Below are positions 26,276-35,256 of a stretch of 37,153 nucleotides of DNA, in pieces (position 1 is the first letter of the stretch; every line of letters begins with the position of its first letter). This DNA is from a virus (Duplodnaviria > Caudoviricetes). A model generated the notes under the pieces. It made no database searches and was not told where the DNA came from. It worked only from the letters and a program-made list of their open reading frames with translations. The position numbers and the translations under genes are program-made. Location: positions 1 through 37,153 of IMG/VR virus record IMGVR_UViG_3300048902_000094. One strand, written 5' to 3'.

Positions 26276-27397
26276 ATGCCTGTTTATACCGCGCCACTAC
26301 TCGCGCATATCACCACTGCTGCTCTCGATTGGTGGATGAACAAAGGGACCGCCTTCCAGGAGGCGATCCAGGAGAAGCCGCTGCTCGCGGCGATGGAGTC
26401 CAAGAAGAAATCGTTCCCGGGCGGCAAGGGCAATATTGTCATTAGCGTCAAGGGAGATTACGGCAACACGGCCGCGCCCGGCACCGATGATCAGCTCAAA
26501 GGCTATGAGCTGGCCGACAGCGTGACCTACTACACGCCGGCCAACCTGACCCAGGCGATCTTCCCCTGGAAGGAACACCACATCGGCATCATGATGACGC
26601 ACTCGGAACTGAAGTCCGATGGCATCAGCGTTACCGATGGCCCTGGCATGGAGGAGGACACCTCCGAGCATTCCGGCCGTGACGATACCGTCCTGGTCGG
26701 CCTGCTGCAGGACGCCTTGCAAGACGTCTCCGAGCAGTATGCCCGCGGCATGAACAACCTGCTGTGGACCAACGGTGCCACGGACGCCAAGGCCCTCGCC
26801 GGCATGGCGGCACTTATCACCGACGATCCGACCACCGGCATTGTCGCCGGCATCAACCGCGGCCAGAAGCCGTGGTGGAGAAACCGCGCCTACACGACCG
26901 CAATGGGTGCAGCTGTGACAGCCACACCGGCGCTGTCGGCATGGGGTGGCGGACCGATCACCTCGGCCGCGGCCAACGGCGGTGCGTTGATCACCTTGCT
27001 CCAGAAGGAGTATCGGCAGCTGACCCGGTACGGCGCCAAGCCGAACACTGGGTTCTGTGGATCCGACTGGCTCACCGCCCTGGAGACAGAGCTGCGTGCC
27101 AACGGCAACTACTCGATGCAGGGCTTCTCCGGCGGCAAAGACATCTCGGTCGGTCAGATCTCCTACATGGGAACCGACTTCGAGTATGACCCGACGCTCG
27201 ATCAGCTCGGCAAGAGCAAGCGTTGCTATTGGTATGACTCGCGAGACATCTACCTGGTTGCCATGCAGGACGAGTGGCGGCACCAGCATTCACCCGAGCG
27301 GGCACCCGACAAGTACGTCATCTACCGCTCGATCACTTCGACCGGACAACTCTGTGCGCGGCGTCTTAACGGCGCTGTCGTGATGGATATTGCCTGA
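26276..27397 (+). CDS. Major capsid protein
   Basis: 373 aa after the scaffold. HK97-like pattern (PLLAAM..FPGG, FPWKEHHIGI, LWTNG..ALAGM, WWRN, GQLCARRLNG). Strongly biased codons; RBS AAGGGG. Confidence 0.88.
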   Translation: MPVYTAPLLAHITTAALDWWMNKGTAFQEAIQEKPLLAAMESKKKSFPGGKGNIVISVKGDYGNTAAPGTDDQLKGYELADSVTYYTPANLTQAIFPWKEHHIGIMMTHSELKSDGISVTDGPGMEEDTSEHSGRDDTVLVGLLQDALQDVSEQYARGMNNLLWTNGATDAKALAGMAALITDDPTTGIVAGINRGQKPWWRNRAYTTAMGAAVTATPALSAWGGGPITSAAANGGALITLLQKEYRQLTRYGAKPNTGFCGSDWLTALETELRANGNYSMQGFSGGKDISVGQISYMGTDFEYDPTLDQLGKSKRCYWYDSRDIYLVAMQDEWRHQHSPERAPDKYVIYRSITSTGQLCARRLNGAVVMDIA

Positions 27398-27404
27398 TCG
27401 AAAC

Positions 27405-27456
27405 GGCCGGGGTGGCGGTGGTTTTTCCTGCAAGATTGGCCGCCCTCACCTCGGCT
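27405..27456 (+). other. Long imperfect stem-loop after capsid gene (stabiliser or partial terminator)
   Basis: GCCGGGGTG-GCGGT...GGCCGC-CCT-CACCTCGGC can pair with G-U wobbles. Confidence 0.45.
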
Positions 27457-27471
27457 TCAACAGGAGGTTAA

Positions 27472-27711
27472 ATGGCTGAGCAGACCCAACAAGCCAAACA
27501 AGGCAGCATCGGTGCCTTCCGTGTTCGCGAGAGTTTCAACCCGTCGCAGGACAATTTGGTCGACAAGATCAAGCGGTACACCGCGGATCTGATCGACATC
27601 TGCGAGGATCTGAAACCGCACGATGCGCGGCTCGCCGCGCTGGCGCAGACCGCATACGAAGAGGCCGCGATGTGGGCGGTCAAAGCAGCGACGGCGGACA
27701 AGAAGTCATGA
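27472..27711 (+). CDS. Acb2/Tad1-like helical-hairpin protein (candidate immune-signal sponge)
   Basis: 79 aa; RVRESFNPS..VDKIK..ADLID..RLAALAQTAYEEAAMWAVKAAT matches the RxxxLAxTxxEEAxMWAxxA C-terminal helix; RBS AGGAGG. Confidence 0.7.
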   Translation: MAEQTQQAKQGSIGAFRVRESFNPSQDNLVDKIKRYTADLIDICEDLKPHDARLAALAQTAYEEAAMWAVKAATADKKS

Positions 27712-28160
27712 GCAAACAGATTCAGTACTGCACCTGCAAGATCAACCTGGCCGGCCAGAATTGCCACACCGTGATCTACAACGAATTCAATCCGGTGACC
27801 TGGCCGGAAGTGCAAGTGTTGCAGGCGGTCCACGGCGACGAGAATGTCATGGACGTCATGCCGTGCGGCATCGGCGAGGTGTGGCCGACCGAAGAGAAGA
27901 ACCGACTTGCCAGCATCTACGGTCGCAAGGTTGTCGAAGCGTGTTTCCCGGGGCGGGCGTTCCGCATGGACTACATGATGACCGAAGATGTGAACCTGCC
28001 ACGCTACGACGGGGGTACGCCATCTGTCGTGGTGGCGCCGCCAGGCAGCGATGACGAGGATGTGGAAGCTAGCTCCGAGCCCAACCTGGAGCCGATCTTT
28101 AGGCCTTCACCACGCGGTCGCCGAACACCACCGCCGCCGGAGCATAAGGACGCAGGTTAG
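27708..28160 (+). CDS. Hypothetical virion morphogenesis protein
   Basis: ATGA overlap at 27708; PVTWPEVQVLQAVHG..EKNRLASIYG; acidic/Pro tail. Confidence 0.75.
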   Translation: MSKQIQYCTCKINLAGQNCHTVIYNEFNPVTWPEVQVLQAVHGDENVMDVMPCGIGEVWPTEEKNRLASIYGRKVVEACFPGRAFRMDYMMTEDVNLPRYDGGTPSVVVAPPGSDDEDVEASSEPNLEPIFRPSPRGRRTPPPPEHKDAG

Positions 28161-28957
28161 TGCCACTCAGTGTCACGCTGCTGGAACTGCGCCGGCTGCT
28201 GCGTTCTGAAACCGGCACGTCGCTCAACCCCCAACAGGGTGTACAGGCGCAGGACACGCTTGACCTGATTTTGGCGAGGCAGCAGCGCGAGCTGTGGGAC
28301 GCCTATAACTGGCAGCACCTGAAGATCTGGACCGACGTGCCGCTGACCGGCGGCCAGTCGCTGTACAGCTACCCTGTGCAAATGGCGTTCGACCAGATCA
28401 CGCGCGTCTATGTGACCTTAGCAACCTACGATACCGTCATTCCCGATCAGATAAATTCGGCAGGGGCCTGGGAGCCGTTGGCCTACGGCATCAAGCCATT
28501 CATGCTGCACCTCGGCCCGGCCAGGGTCGGCAAGCCGATGCGCTGGGGCAATGTGGCATCGATCAATACCACCGGCCCTACGCCGATCACCAATCCAGTC
28601 GGGCAATTCCAACTGTTGCCGACACCGCCGCCGGACACCGGCGCAATACCGAAGGTTGGCTATGTGCTGCGATTCGAAGGCCAAGCGCCGTTATCCCCGC
28701 TGGTCGCGCCGACCGACACTTGCATTCTGGATTCCGAGGCGATCGTGCTGTTCGCCGCCGCCGAGATCTTGGCTACGCAGAAGAGTGAAGCGGCGCCAAT
28801 GAAGCTGACCAAGGCGCAGAATTACCTGCGGCGTATTCTCGCCGACCAGGGCGCCGACAAGCGCGTCAATTACAACATGGGTGGCAACCACCGCGGCGGC
28901 ATCGACCCCGACAAGTCTTATCGGCGTATCCCCTACATCGACTACATCCCGAGCTGA
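28160..28957 (+). CDS. Head-tail adaptor / tail tubular protein A-like
   Basis: GTG start overlapping the previous stop; TLLELR..L..E, YNWQHL, YSYP, IVLFAAAEIL; position after the capsid gene. Confidence 0.7.
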   Translation: MPLSVTLLELRRLLRSETGTSLNPQQGVQAQDTLDLILARQQRELWDAYNWQHLKIWTDVPLTGGQSLYSYPVQMAFDQITRVYVTLATYDTVIPDQINSAGAWEPLAYGIKPFMLHLGPARVGKPMRWGNVASINTTGPTPITNPVGQFQLLPTPPPDTGAIPKVGYVLRFEGQAPLSPLVAPTDTCILDSEAIVLFAAAEILATQKSEAAPMKLTKAQNYLRRILADQGADKRVNYNMGGNHRGGIDPDKSYRRIPYIDYIPS

Positions 28958-29034
28958 TGATGGAATTGTGGAAGCCCATACCCGGATTTGTTGATGCCGT
29001 GAGAGCCGGCAGAACCTGGACTTCCGTAACCTAG
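28957..29034 (+). pseudogene. Internally deleted NUMOD4/HNH homing endonuclease remnant (25 aa)
   Basis: MMELWKPIPGF-VDAVRAGRTWTSVT*: a NUMOD4-type N-terminus joined to an HNH-endonuclease-type C-terminus. Confidence 0.6.
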
Positions 29035-29047
29035 GGAGGACCGGGCC

Positions 29048-30494
29048 ATGCCCTACTTTCACAATTACTGATTTTGCTGCTGGACTTGACCTTCGACGAT
29101 CCGAACTGACCGCGCCGGCCGGAACGCTGCGGGCGATGACCAACTGCCACGTCACGCCTGGTGGTGAGATCGAGAAGCGGATGGCTTTCGTGCCATTCTG
29201 GGCGTGCGATCCATTGAGCAAAGGCATCGTCGAAGTTAACCAGAAGCTCTACGCCTTCGGCCCGAACGGCCCCTACACCGTCGAGCCGCCGTCCGGCACC
29301 TGGTCGGTTGGTGTCCTTGGACAAGCCACGCCAACCATCTTTGAAATCATCGACTACGACCTGTTCGACAACAAGGTCTTCACCCTGTTGTGGAAGGACG
29401 CTGCCGGCACGGTCGGCCGCTACTACGACGGCGTCGACCAGCCGTGGGCGCGCGGCTTCTATTGCCGGACCTACAAGAACAAGATGTACACGGTGGAAAA
29501 CTCCATCTTGTATTTTTCCGCCAACGGCAATGCGGGTGACTGGTCTGGCTTGAACCCGAACGACCCGTCGAAATACACCAACTACATCGACCTCTCGTTG
29601 GGCGACAGCGACATGTCCGACAGCGTGGCGCTGGAGGTGTACTACGACAAGCTGGCGATCTTCTCATCGACCGCGGTGCAGCTGTGGATCATGGACCCGG
29701 ACTTCACCAAGAACCAGTACGTCCAGACCCTGCGTCAGGCCGGCACCACGGCCTGGCGCAGCGTGATGCAGTATGGCTCCGGCGACGTGATGTACCTGTC
29801 GCAGTCCGGCGTCAGATCGCTCCGCGCTAGAAACTCTTCACTAGCCGCGGCGGTGTCCGACATCGGCTCGCCGCTGGATCCGCTGCTGCAGGATCTGTTC
29901 CGCAGCATGGGCCAGGACTGGATGAGCGGCACCATCGCGCTGCTGCAGCCGGTCACCGGAAGATTCTGGATCATCATGGCCGGATCCAAAGCCACACCTG
30001 ACGCGCCGCTGACATCTAAAATATACGTTCTATCGGCCTTCCCCGGCCCGAAGATCACGGCTTGGAGTGAGTACGACGCCGGCTTCGTCATCACCGCGGC
30101 CTGCATATACAAGAACCGTGTGGTGGTTCGCGACGACAAGAATCAGGTCTACGCCTACGGCGGCATCTCCGACATCGGTCCGACTTATGATAATTGCCCG
30201 GTCGAGCTGATCTTCCCATTCCACGCCGGCGAGGGTGTCGCCACCTTCAAGTCCTTTGCCGCGCTCGATGCCACCTGCTCCGGCGTACCCTGGCAAGTAT
30301 CGGCCGCGTTCAATGTTCAGGATTCCACGGTCGAGGACTTCATCGGCATCTTCGACGGCCCGTCGTTCCCGCAAGGCAAGATCCAGCTGTACGGCCACAC
30401 CACTCACATGTCGCTGCGGCTGCGCTCGCAGGACATCGGCCCGCAGGTGCTGTCCAACCTGATCGTCCACTACCAGGGAGGTGAGACCGGATGA
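29048..30494 (+). CDS. Tail nozzle / tubular protein B-like (beta-propeller), with an apparent +1 frameshift after codon 4
   Basis: RBS GGGAGGA, then ATG CCC TAC TTT C ACA ATT ACT GAT TTT. Dropping one base gives MPYFTITDFAAGLDLRRS..NCHVTPGGEIEKR, continuous with ORF 29136-30494. Confidence 0.75.
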
Positions 30495-31009
30495 TCAACA
30501 TCGCGGTCGCCGACCGGGGCATGATCGATCATGTGCTGCAAGGCCTGCGTGCGGCCGATGTCGAAGAGATGACCGCGGCCGGCACCGACATCGGCAAGCT
30601 CGCCGTGCAGATCATGCGACACAAGCTGTTTGCTTTTTGCGCCTGGGGCTTTGACTGCGGTCCAATCGCAGTGTGGGGCCTGGTGCAGAAGCGCCAGGGC
30701 GTCGGTGCCGGATTCGCCTTCGGCACTGACGACTGGGGCCGCGCCGTGCTACCAATGGTCAAGCAGATCCGCGGATTTGTCCTGCCACTATTAGTCGACC
30801 TGAATATCCACCGCGTCGAGGCGGTGGCAATGCGTAAGCGCGACGATGTCAGACGTTTCATGAGTTTGATTGGTGCCAAGGCCGAAGGCACGCTGACCGG
30901 CTATGGCACTTACGGCGAAGACTTTGTCTCTTACCGATGGCTATCTGATGAATATGGCAGTCACCGAACTCAAGAAGCCCAAGCGGACTGTGCGTACCCC
31001 GCACATTAA
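30491..31009 (+). CDS. GNAT-like protein (T7 gp13-like position)
   Basis: LRAADVEEM, IAVWG, IHRVEAVAM..VRRFMSLIGAKAEGTLTGYG..GEDF is a RimJ/GNAT-like C-terminus. Confidence 0.7.
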   Translation: MINIAVADRGMIDHVLQGLRAADVEEMTAAGTDIGKLAVQIMRHKLFAFCAWGFDCGPIAVWGLVQKRQGVGAGFAFGTDDWGRAVLPMVKQIRGFVLPLLVDLNIHRVEAVAMRKRDDVRRFMSLIGAKAEGTLTGYGTYGEDFVSYRWLSDEYGSHRTQEAQADCAYPAH

Positions 31010-31457
31010 TATCCGCATGGGCGAGTCCAAGGATGCGGCGATGGTCGCCGAATTCCTCGGGCATTTCTTCGAGCTGTCGAAGTGGTCGGAGTTCCTGAAG
31101 TATCACCAGGAGCGGACCAGGGTGTACCTGCAAGCCGCGATCGGCACTCAGTTCGCCATGTACGTCCTGGCGATGGACGGCGAGGAAATGGTGGGTGTCT
31201 GTTCCTACCATGTGTTCGGTGTGTTCTCTGAACCAATGGCGGTGATGGACGAGACTTACACTATACCAAAGTATCGCCGCACTGACCTTGGGCGCAGGTT
31301 GATCGAAACCGTCATCACGCTGGCCCGCGCCGATGGCTGCAAGGTGATGAATTTTCCCATCTGCTCGGGGATGAAGGAGCAGAACTCCCTCATGAACATG
31401 ATCGGCCGGCACTTCGGCGCCGAGCCGGTCGGCATGATCTTCAGAAAGAAACTCTGA
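30954..31457 (+). CDS. GNAT family acetyl/acyltransferase
   Basis: IRMGESKD, VLAMDGEEMVG, acyl-CoA motif A YTIPKYRRTDLGRRLI, ARADGC. Start at 30948 or 30954. Confidence 0.85.
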   Translation: MAVTELKKPKRTVRTPHINIRMGESKDAAMVAEFLGHFFELSKWSEFLKYHQERTRVYLQAAIGTQFAMYVLAMDGEEMVGVCSYHVFGVFSEPMAVMDETYTIPKYRRTDLGRRLIETVITLARADGCKVMNFPICSGMKEQNSLMNMIGRHFGAEPVGMIFRKKL

Positions 31458-31483
31458 TATGACAGTCAACGGACAGGTGTGAC

Positions 31484-31777
31484 ATGGGCGGCAAAGGCAG
31501 AAGCAATCAGCAGATGCAGACGGAAACCGCCCCACCGCCGCCGGCGCCTGACGTGCCACTGCCAGCTGCACCTGAAGCGCCGCCGCCACCGCCGCCACCG
31601 CCGCCACCGCCACCACCAGACGTGCCGCCACCGGCGGCACCGCCGCCTGACATTACGCCGATCTCGCCAGGCGAGGCGATAAGCCAGGTGGAAGTGACAA
31701 AGGATCCCACGAAAACAACCGGCGACTTGCTGGCGCAATCCGTTGCGGATCCCACCAACCTAACCGGGCAGGTGTGA
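31484..31777 (+). CDS. MGGK-start polyproline protein
   Basis: SD AGGTG, poly-Pro tract, C-terminal TTGD..DPTNLTGQV. Confidence 0.7.
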   Translation: MGGKGRSNQQMQTETAPPPPAPDVPLPAAPEAPPPPPPPPPPPPPDVPPPAAPPPDITPISPGEAISQVEVTKDPTKTTGDLLAQSVADPTNLTGQV

Positions 31778-31778
31778 C

Positions 31779-32117
31779 ATGGGCGGCAAGGGCGGCGGCG
31801 GCGGCAACTACTACCAGCAACCCGTCGACAAGTCGGGCAATTCCACGCTGGAGGAAGCGACCAAGACGCTCGCCAACACGGCGCCGGTCGACATGTCCAA
31901 GATCCAGTCGAACATCGACGTCAAGAAAGCCGCCGCGGCCGCGACCGCGAAGCCGCAGGATACCGTAACCAGTGTTACCGCACCGGCCGAAGGCGTGTCC
32001 GGCACCGAAACCACCAAAGACACCACCGGAGACGTCGCCAAGAAGGCTGTACTGACGCCGCCGAAGTTCTGGGAAGATTACGCAAAAGATCCCAATACAA
32101 CAAACACACAGGTGTGA
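31779..32117 (+). CDS. MGGK-start low-complexity protein
   Basis: SD AGGTG; C-terminal TTGD..DPNTTNTQV resembles the preceding gene. Confidence 0.75.
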   Translation: MGGKGGGGGNYYQQPVDKSGNSTLEEATKTLANTAPVDMSKIQSNIDVKKAAAAATAKPQDTVTSVTAPAEGVSGTETTKDTTGDVAKKAVLTPPKFWEDYAKDPNTTNTQV

Positions 32118-32118
32118 C

Positions 32119-32763
32119 ATGGGTGGCAAAAGCGGACCATCAAATAACCAAGCCGTGCAGCTGCAGATGCAGCAGGCGCAGGAAGCCAGGGACAAGGAGA
32201 ACGCGCGCCAGGCCCGGCTCAACCAGGGCAAGACCGCGATCGATAACATCTTTGGTAACGACAACTTCGGCGATCCGTTCTACGACAAGTATAAGAACGC
32301 CGAGCTGGACTACACGCTGCCGCAGCTGAGTACCCAGTACACCGAAGCGAAACGTAACGCCGAGAATGACCTGGCTCGAGCTGGTCTGCTGCGATCAGGC
32401 GCTGCCGGCTTCGTGCAGAACAAGCTGACCCAGCAGCAGGGCGTCAATGAAGCAGGGCTCCGCGCCAAGGCCGACACTGATACAGCGGCGTTGCGACAGA
32501 GCATCGCCGCCCAACAGCAGCAAGCCTACAACCAGCTGTACGCCACCGAAGACCCGACCGTCGCTGCCAACACGGCCGCTAACTCGGCCGCCAATGCCCA
32601 GCTGCAACAGCCGAACGTCAGCGCGTTAGGTGATATGTTCAAGCCGATCGCGATCGGCCTGGGCTCGGCGATCGCACCAACGTATGGGCAGTCTGAAGCC
32701 AACCGTCAGCTCGCTGCCGCCAGCGGCCGCGGCCAGGGCAACATAACTACGACGCAGGGTTAA
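32119..32763 (+). CDS. MGGK-start putative internal virion/ejection protein
   Basis: Gln/Ala-rich helical protein, LARAGLLRSG motif, hydrophobic/Gly C-terminal segment. Confidence 0.8.
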   Translation: MGGKSGPSNNQAVQLQMQQAQEARDKENARQARLNQGKTAIDNIFGNDNFGDPFYDKYKNAELDYTLPQLSTQYTEAKRNAENDLARAGLLRSGAAGFVQNKLTQQQGVNEAGLRAKADTDTAALRQSIAAQQQQAYNQLYATEDPTVAANTAANSAANAQLQQPNVSALGDMFKPIAIGLGSAIAPTYGQSEANRQLAAASGRGQGNITTTQG

Positions 32764-32767
32764 GCTT

Positions 32768-33463
32768 ATGTGCGACCCGATCTCGATCATTGGCTTAGGC
32801 TTCTCGATCGGCATGCAGATGTACAACATGCAGCAGCAAGCCGACATGGCGAGCCAGCAGCAGTCTGCCAATGATCAATGGGTCGCCTACCAGCGCAAGC
32901 AGTCGCAGGACTTCCAGGCCCGCGACGAGAGCCTGCGCCAGAACGCCGAGGCGGCGCGGCATGGCTCGCTTGATGAGCTCAGCGCCGCCAACCAAACGAT
33001 AGCGCAAGGCAAGGAAGCCGACCGGCTGACGACATCGTTGACGCCGGAAGACATTGCCAAGCAGGCGGCTGGTGATCCGAATGCGCTCGCCAGCGCGATG
33101 TTTTCGGGCCAGCAGGGCGGCTCGCAGGAGATGCAGACCCAGATCCAGGGCAGCATCCAGCAGGCCGCGGTCGAGGCCCGCAAGCGCATTGCCGCGCTCG
33201 CCAACGTGCAGTCCTACGGCGGCTCGCAGTACGGTCTGACCAACCGCGCCAACACCATCTTCAATGCTGCAGGGCAGGACATCCGCCTGGCCGGCAACGA
33301 ACGCGCCGGCGACCTGTCGGCCTACAATATCGCCAAGGCGGTCGAACCCATTCACATCGCGCAGTACAGTGGCGGTTCGGCTGGCGGCCTGGCGACCGCC
33401 GGCGCCCAGTTCACAGGCCAGCGGCTCGGCAACACGCTGGCATCGAGCATGGGGAGCGCCTGA
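32768..33463 (+). CDS. Putative ejection protein (T7 gp14-like)
   Basis: N-terminus MCDPISIIGLGFSIG, Gln/Ala-rich helices, Gly/Ala-rich C-terminus. Confidence 0.75.
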   Translation: MCDPISIIGLGFSIGMQMYNMQQQADMASQQQSANDQWVAYQRKQSQDFQARDESLRQNAEAARHGSLDELSAANQTIAQGKEADRLTTSLTPEDIAKQAAGDPNALASAMFSGQQGGSQEMQTQIQGSIQQAAVEARKRIAALANVQSYGGSQYGLTNRANTIFNAAGQDIRLAGNERAGDLSAYNIAKAVEPIHIAQYSGGSAGGLATAGAQFTGQRLGNTLASSMGSA

Positions 33464-35256
33464 TGGCCTCGGATTTCCTGCGGTTCCAGCAAGATCCTTC
33501 GCTGGGTAATGCGTTAACCGGCATCGTCTCCGACATCGCCGCCGCGCCCGGCAAGGCGTTGAGCAACACCCATACGGTCGAGGAAATCCTGGCGCTGCGC
33601 GCCAAGCAGAAGCGCGACCAGGCGGAATTCGACGCCAACACCGCCGCCGGCAACGCTACAGCTGCTGCCTTAGCCGGCGTCGGGCCGCCGTTGAGCACGC
33701 GCGATGTTCAGTTTCAACCGCAAGGGCCGGTTAATCCGGCCGATCCGGTCGACCCCAATGCCGTGAAGCTCGGCGACCAGATGGTGCTGCCATCATATGC
33801 GTCGACCGAGCAGTACATCGACCCGAAGGTGGCCGAACGGTACAAGCGCGAGCTGCCGATGTTTCAGGGTATCGCCAAGGCGGAAGCCTACAAGAATCCA
33901 GGCGGCGTTCCCGGCATCTATTCCAGGGCTTCTATCGGCCTGGGTGGCGCCCCGACCGATCCGGCCGAGATGCAGCGGCTGTCCGGCATCACCACCGGCA
34001 CGGTCACGCCACTCAAGGGCGAGCCCTACGTCGCCGTGTCACCGGACGGCAAGACCCAAATGGTCCTCGGCATGTCCCCGGATGGCGGTGTCCACGACAT
34101 GCAAGGCCGGCTCATGAAAGACATCGCGCCACAAGGCACCGTCCCTGTGCAGGCCAGTAACGTAAATGTCGGGGCTAAGCCGCACTCGATATTCGAGAAC
34201 GAAGGCACTCGAATGGCGGCGATCACGGACGCCAACAATGCCGTCCTCGCTGGCAAGCCGCCCAATCCAGCAGACACCCGTAACATATCGATCGCGATCC
34301 GCCAGCAGTACCCGGAGATCAATAAGCTGATGCCCGACGCCGTCGGCAACACCACGGAATTCCGCAACTACGTCGAGAGGGAAGCACCGCCAGAAATGCA
34401 GCCGATCCTGCGGCACATCTACAATACGCTGCCGGAATTCAAACAGCCGCAGGCGGCGGCCGCGGTGCCGGGCGCTGATCCGTCGACTGCGGGCGCCGTG
34501 GTGCAGCAGGCGACCCCGACCCTGCCGGGGATGCGGCCGGCCACCGGCCCGCAGCCGAACATCCTCGTCAATCAGCCGGCCAGTCAGTACCAGAATCATC
34601 TGGGCTTTGCGGTTCAGCGCGCCGACACCGAGCGCCAGCACATCGTGTCGATGATCTTCAACGGCCAGCCAATACCGCCGTCGGGGATGCTGCCGAAGGA
34701 TGCCTACCTGCCGGACTGGAAGGCGGCGCTGATCGCCGAGAACCACCCCGATGGGCTCATCAGCAGACAGCTGATGAACGCGGTCGACCCCAAAGCGCAG
34801 GAATATTACGCCGCGGCCAAAGCCTGGATCGAGCCGGTGCTGCGGCTGGCCTCGGGCGCCGCGATCCGAACCGAAGAATACAAAGACTACATGTACATGT
34901 TCATCCCGATGACCGGCGACAGTCAGCAGCTGGTCGCGCAGAAGCTCAACCGCATGCGGGAATGGCAAGAAGCGACCGGCGGCAACGCCACCGCCAACCA
35001 GGCCACCGCCACCTTGATTGCCAAGGCTAATGCGAACAAAGACCCTGAGATGGCCCGCCTGGCCAGCATGATGCAGATCAGGGCCAGGGAAGCCAAAACC
35101 GCCGACATCCCGGCAACCCAATTGCCGGCGGTCGCGCCAAAGGCGCCGGGTGCTCCGGGTGCTACAGGTGCCAACGTACCGAACCCAGCCGCGGTGCAAT
35201 CGCTCATGAACACGATCCGGGGCAGCGGTGGCGGTGCAGAAACAGGAGGACTGTAA
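33463..35256 (+). CDS. Putative internal virion/ejection protein
   Basis: 597 aa, TGATG coupling; C-terminal VLRLASGAAIRTEE..FIPMTGDS..VAQK motif of a type I recall from podovirus ejection proteins. Confidence 0.75.
   Translation: MASDFLRFQQDPSLGNALTGIVSDIAAAPGKALSNTHTVEEILALRAKQKRDQAEFDANTAAGNATAAALAGVGPPLSTRDVQFQPQGPVNPADPVDPNAVKLGDQMVLPSYASTEQYIDPKVAERYKRELPMFQGIAKAEAYKNPGGVPGIYSRASIGLGGAPTDPAEMQRLSGITTGTVTPLKGEPYVAVSPDGKTQMVLGMSPDGGVHDMQGRLMKDIAPQGTVPVQASNVNVGAKPHSIFENEGTRMAAITDANNAVLAGKPPNPADTRNISIAIRQQYPEINKLMPDAVGNTTEFRNYVEREAPPEMQPILRHIYNTLPEFKQPQAAAAVPGADPSTAGAVVQQATPTLPGMRPATGPQPNILVNQPASQYQNHLGFAVQRADTERQHIVSMIFNGQPIPPSGMLPKDAYLPDWKAALIAENHPDGLISRQLMNAVDPKAQEYYAAAKAWIEPVLRLASGAAIRTEEYKDYMYMFIPMTGDSQQLVAQKLNRMREWQEATGGNATANQATATLIAKANANKDPEMARLASMMQIRAREAKTADIPATQLPAVAPKAPGAPGATGANVPNPAAVQSLMNTIRGSGGGAETGGL

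Larger units (their letters stand above)
31474..32129 (+). repeat. Three copies of the gene-junction repeat CAGGTGTGACATGGG(C/T)GGCAA
   Basis: Copies at 31474-31494, 31769-31789 and 32109-32129, each encoding QV-stop, an SD (AGGTG) and MGGK. Confidence 0.92.
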
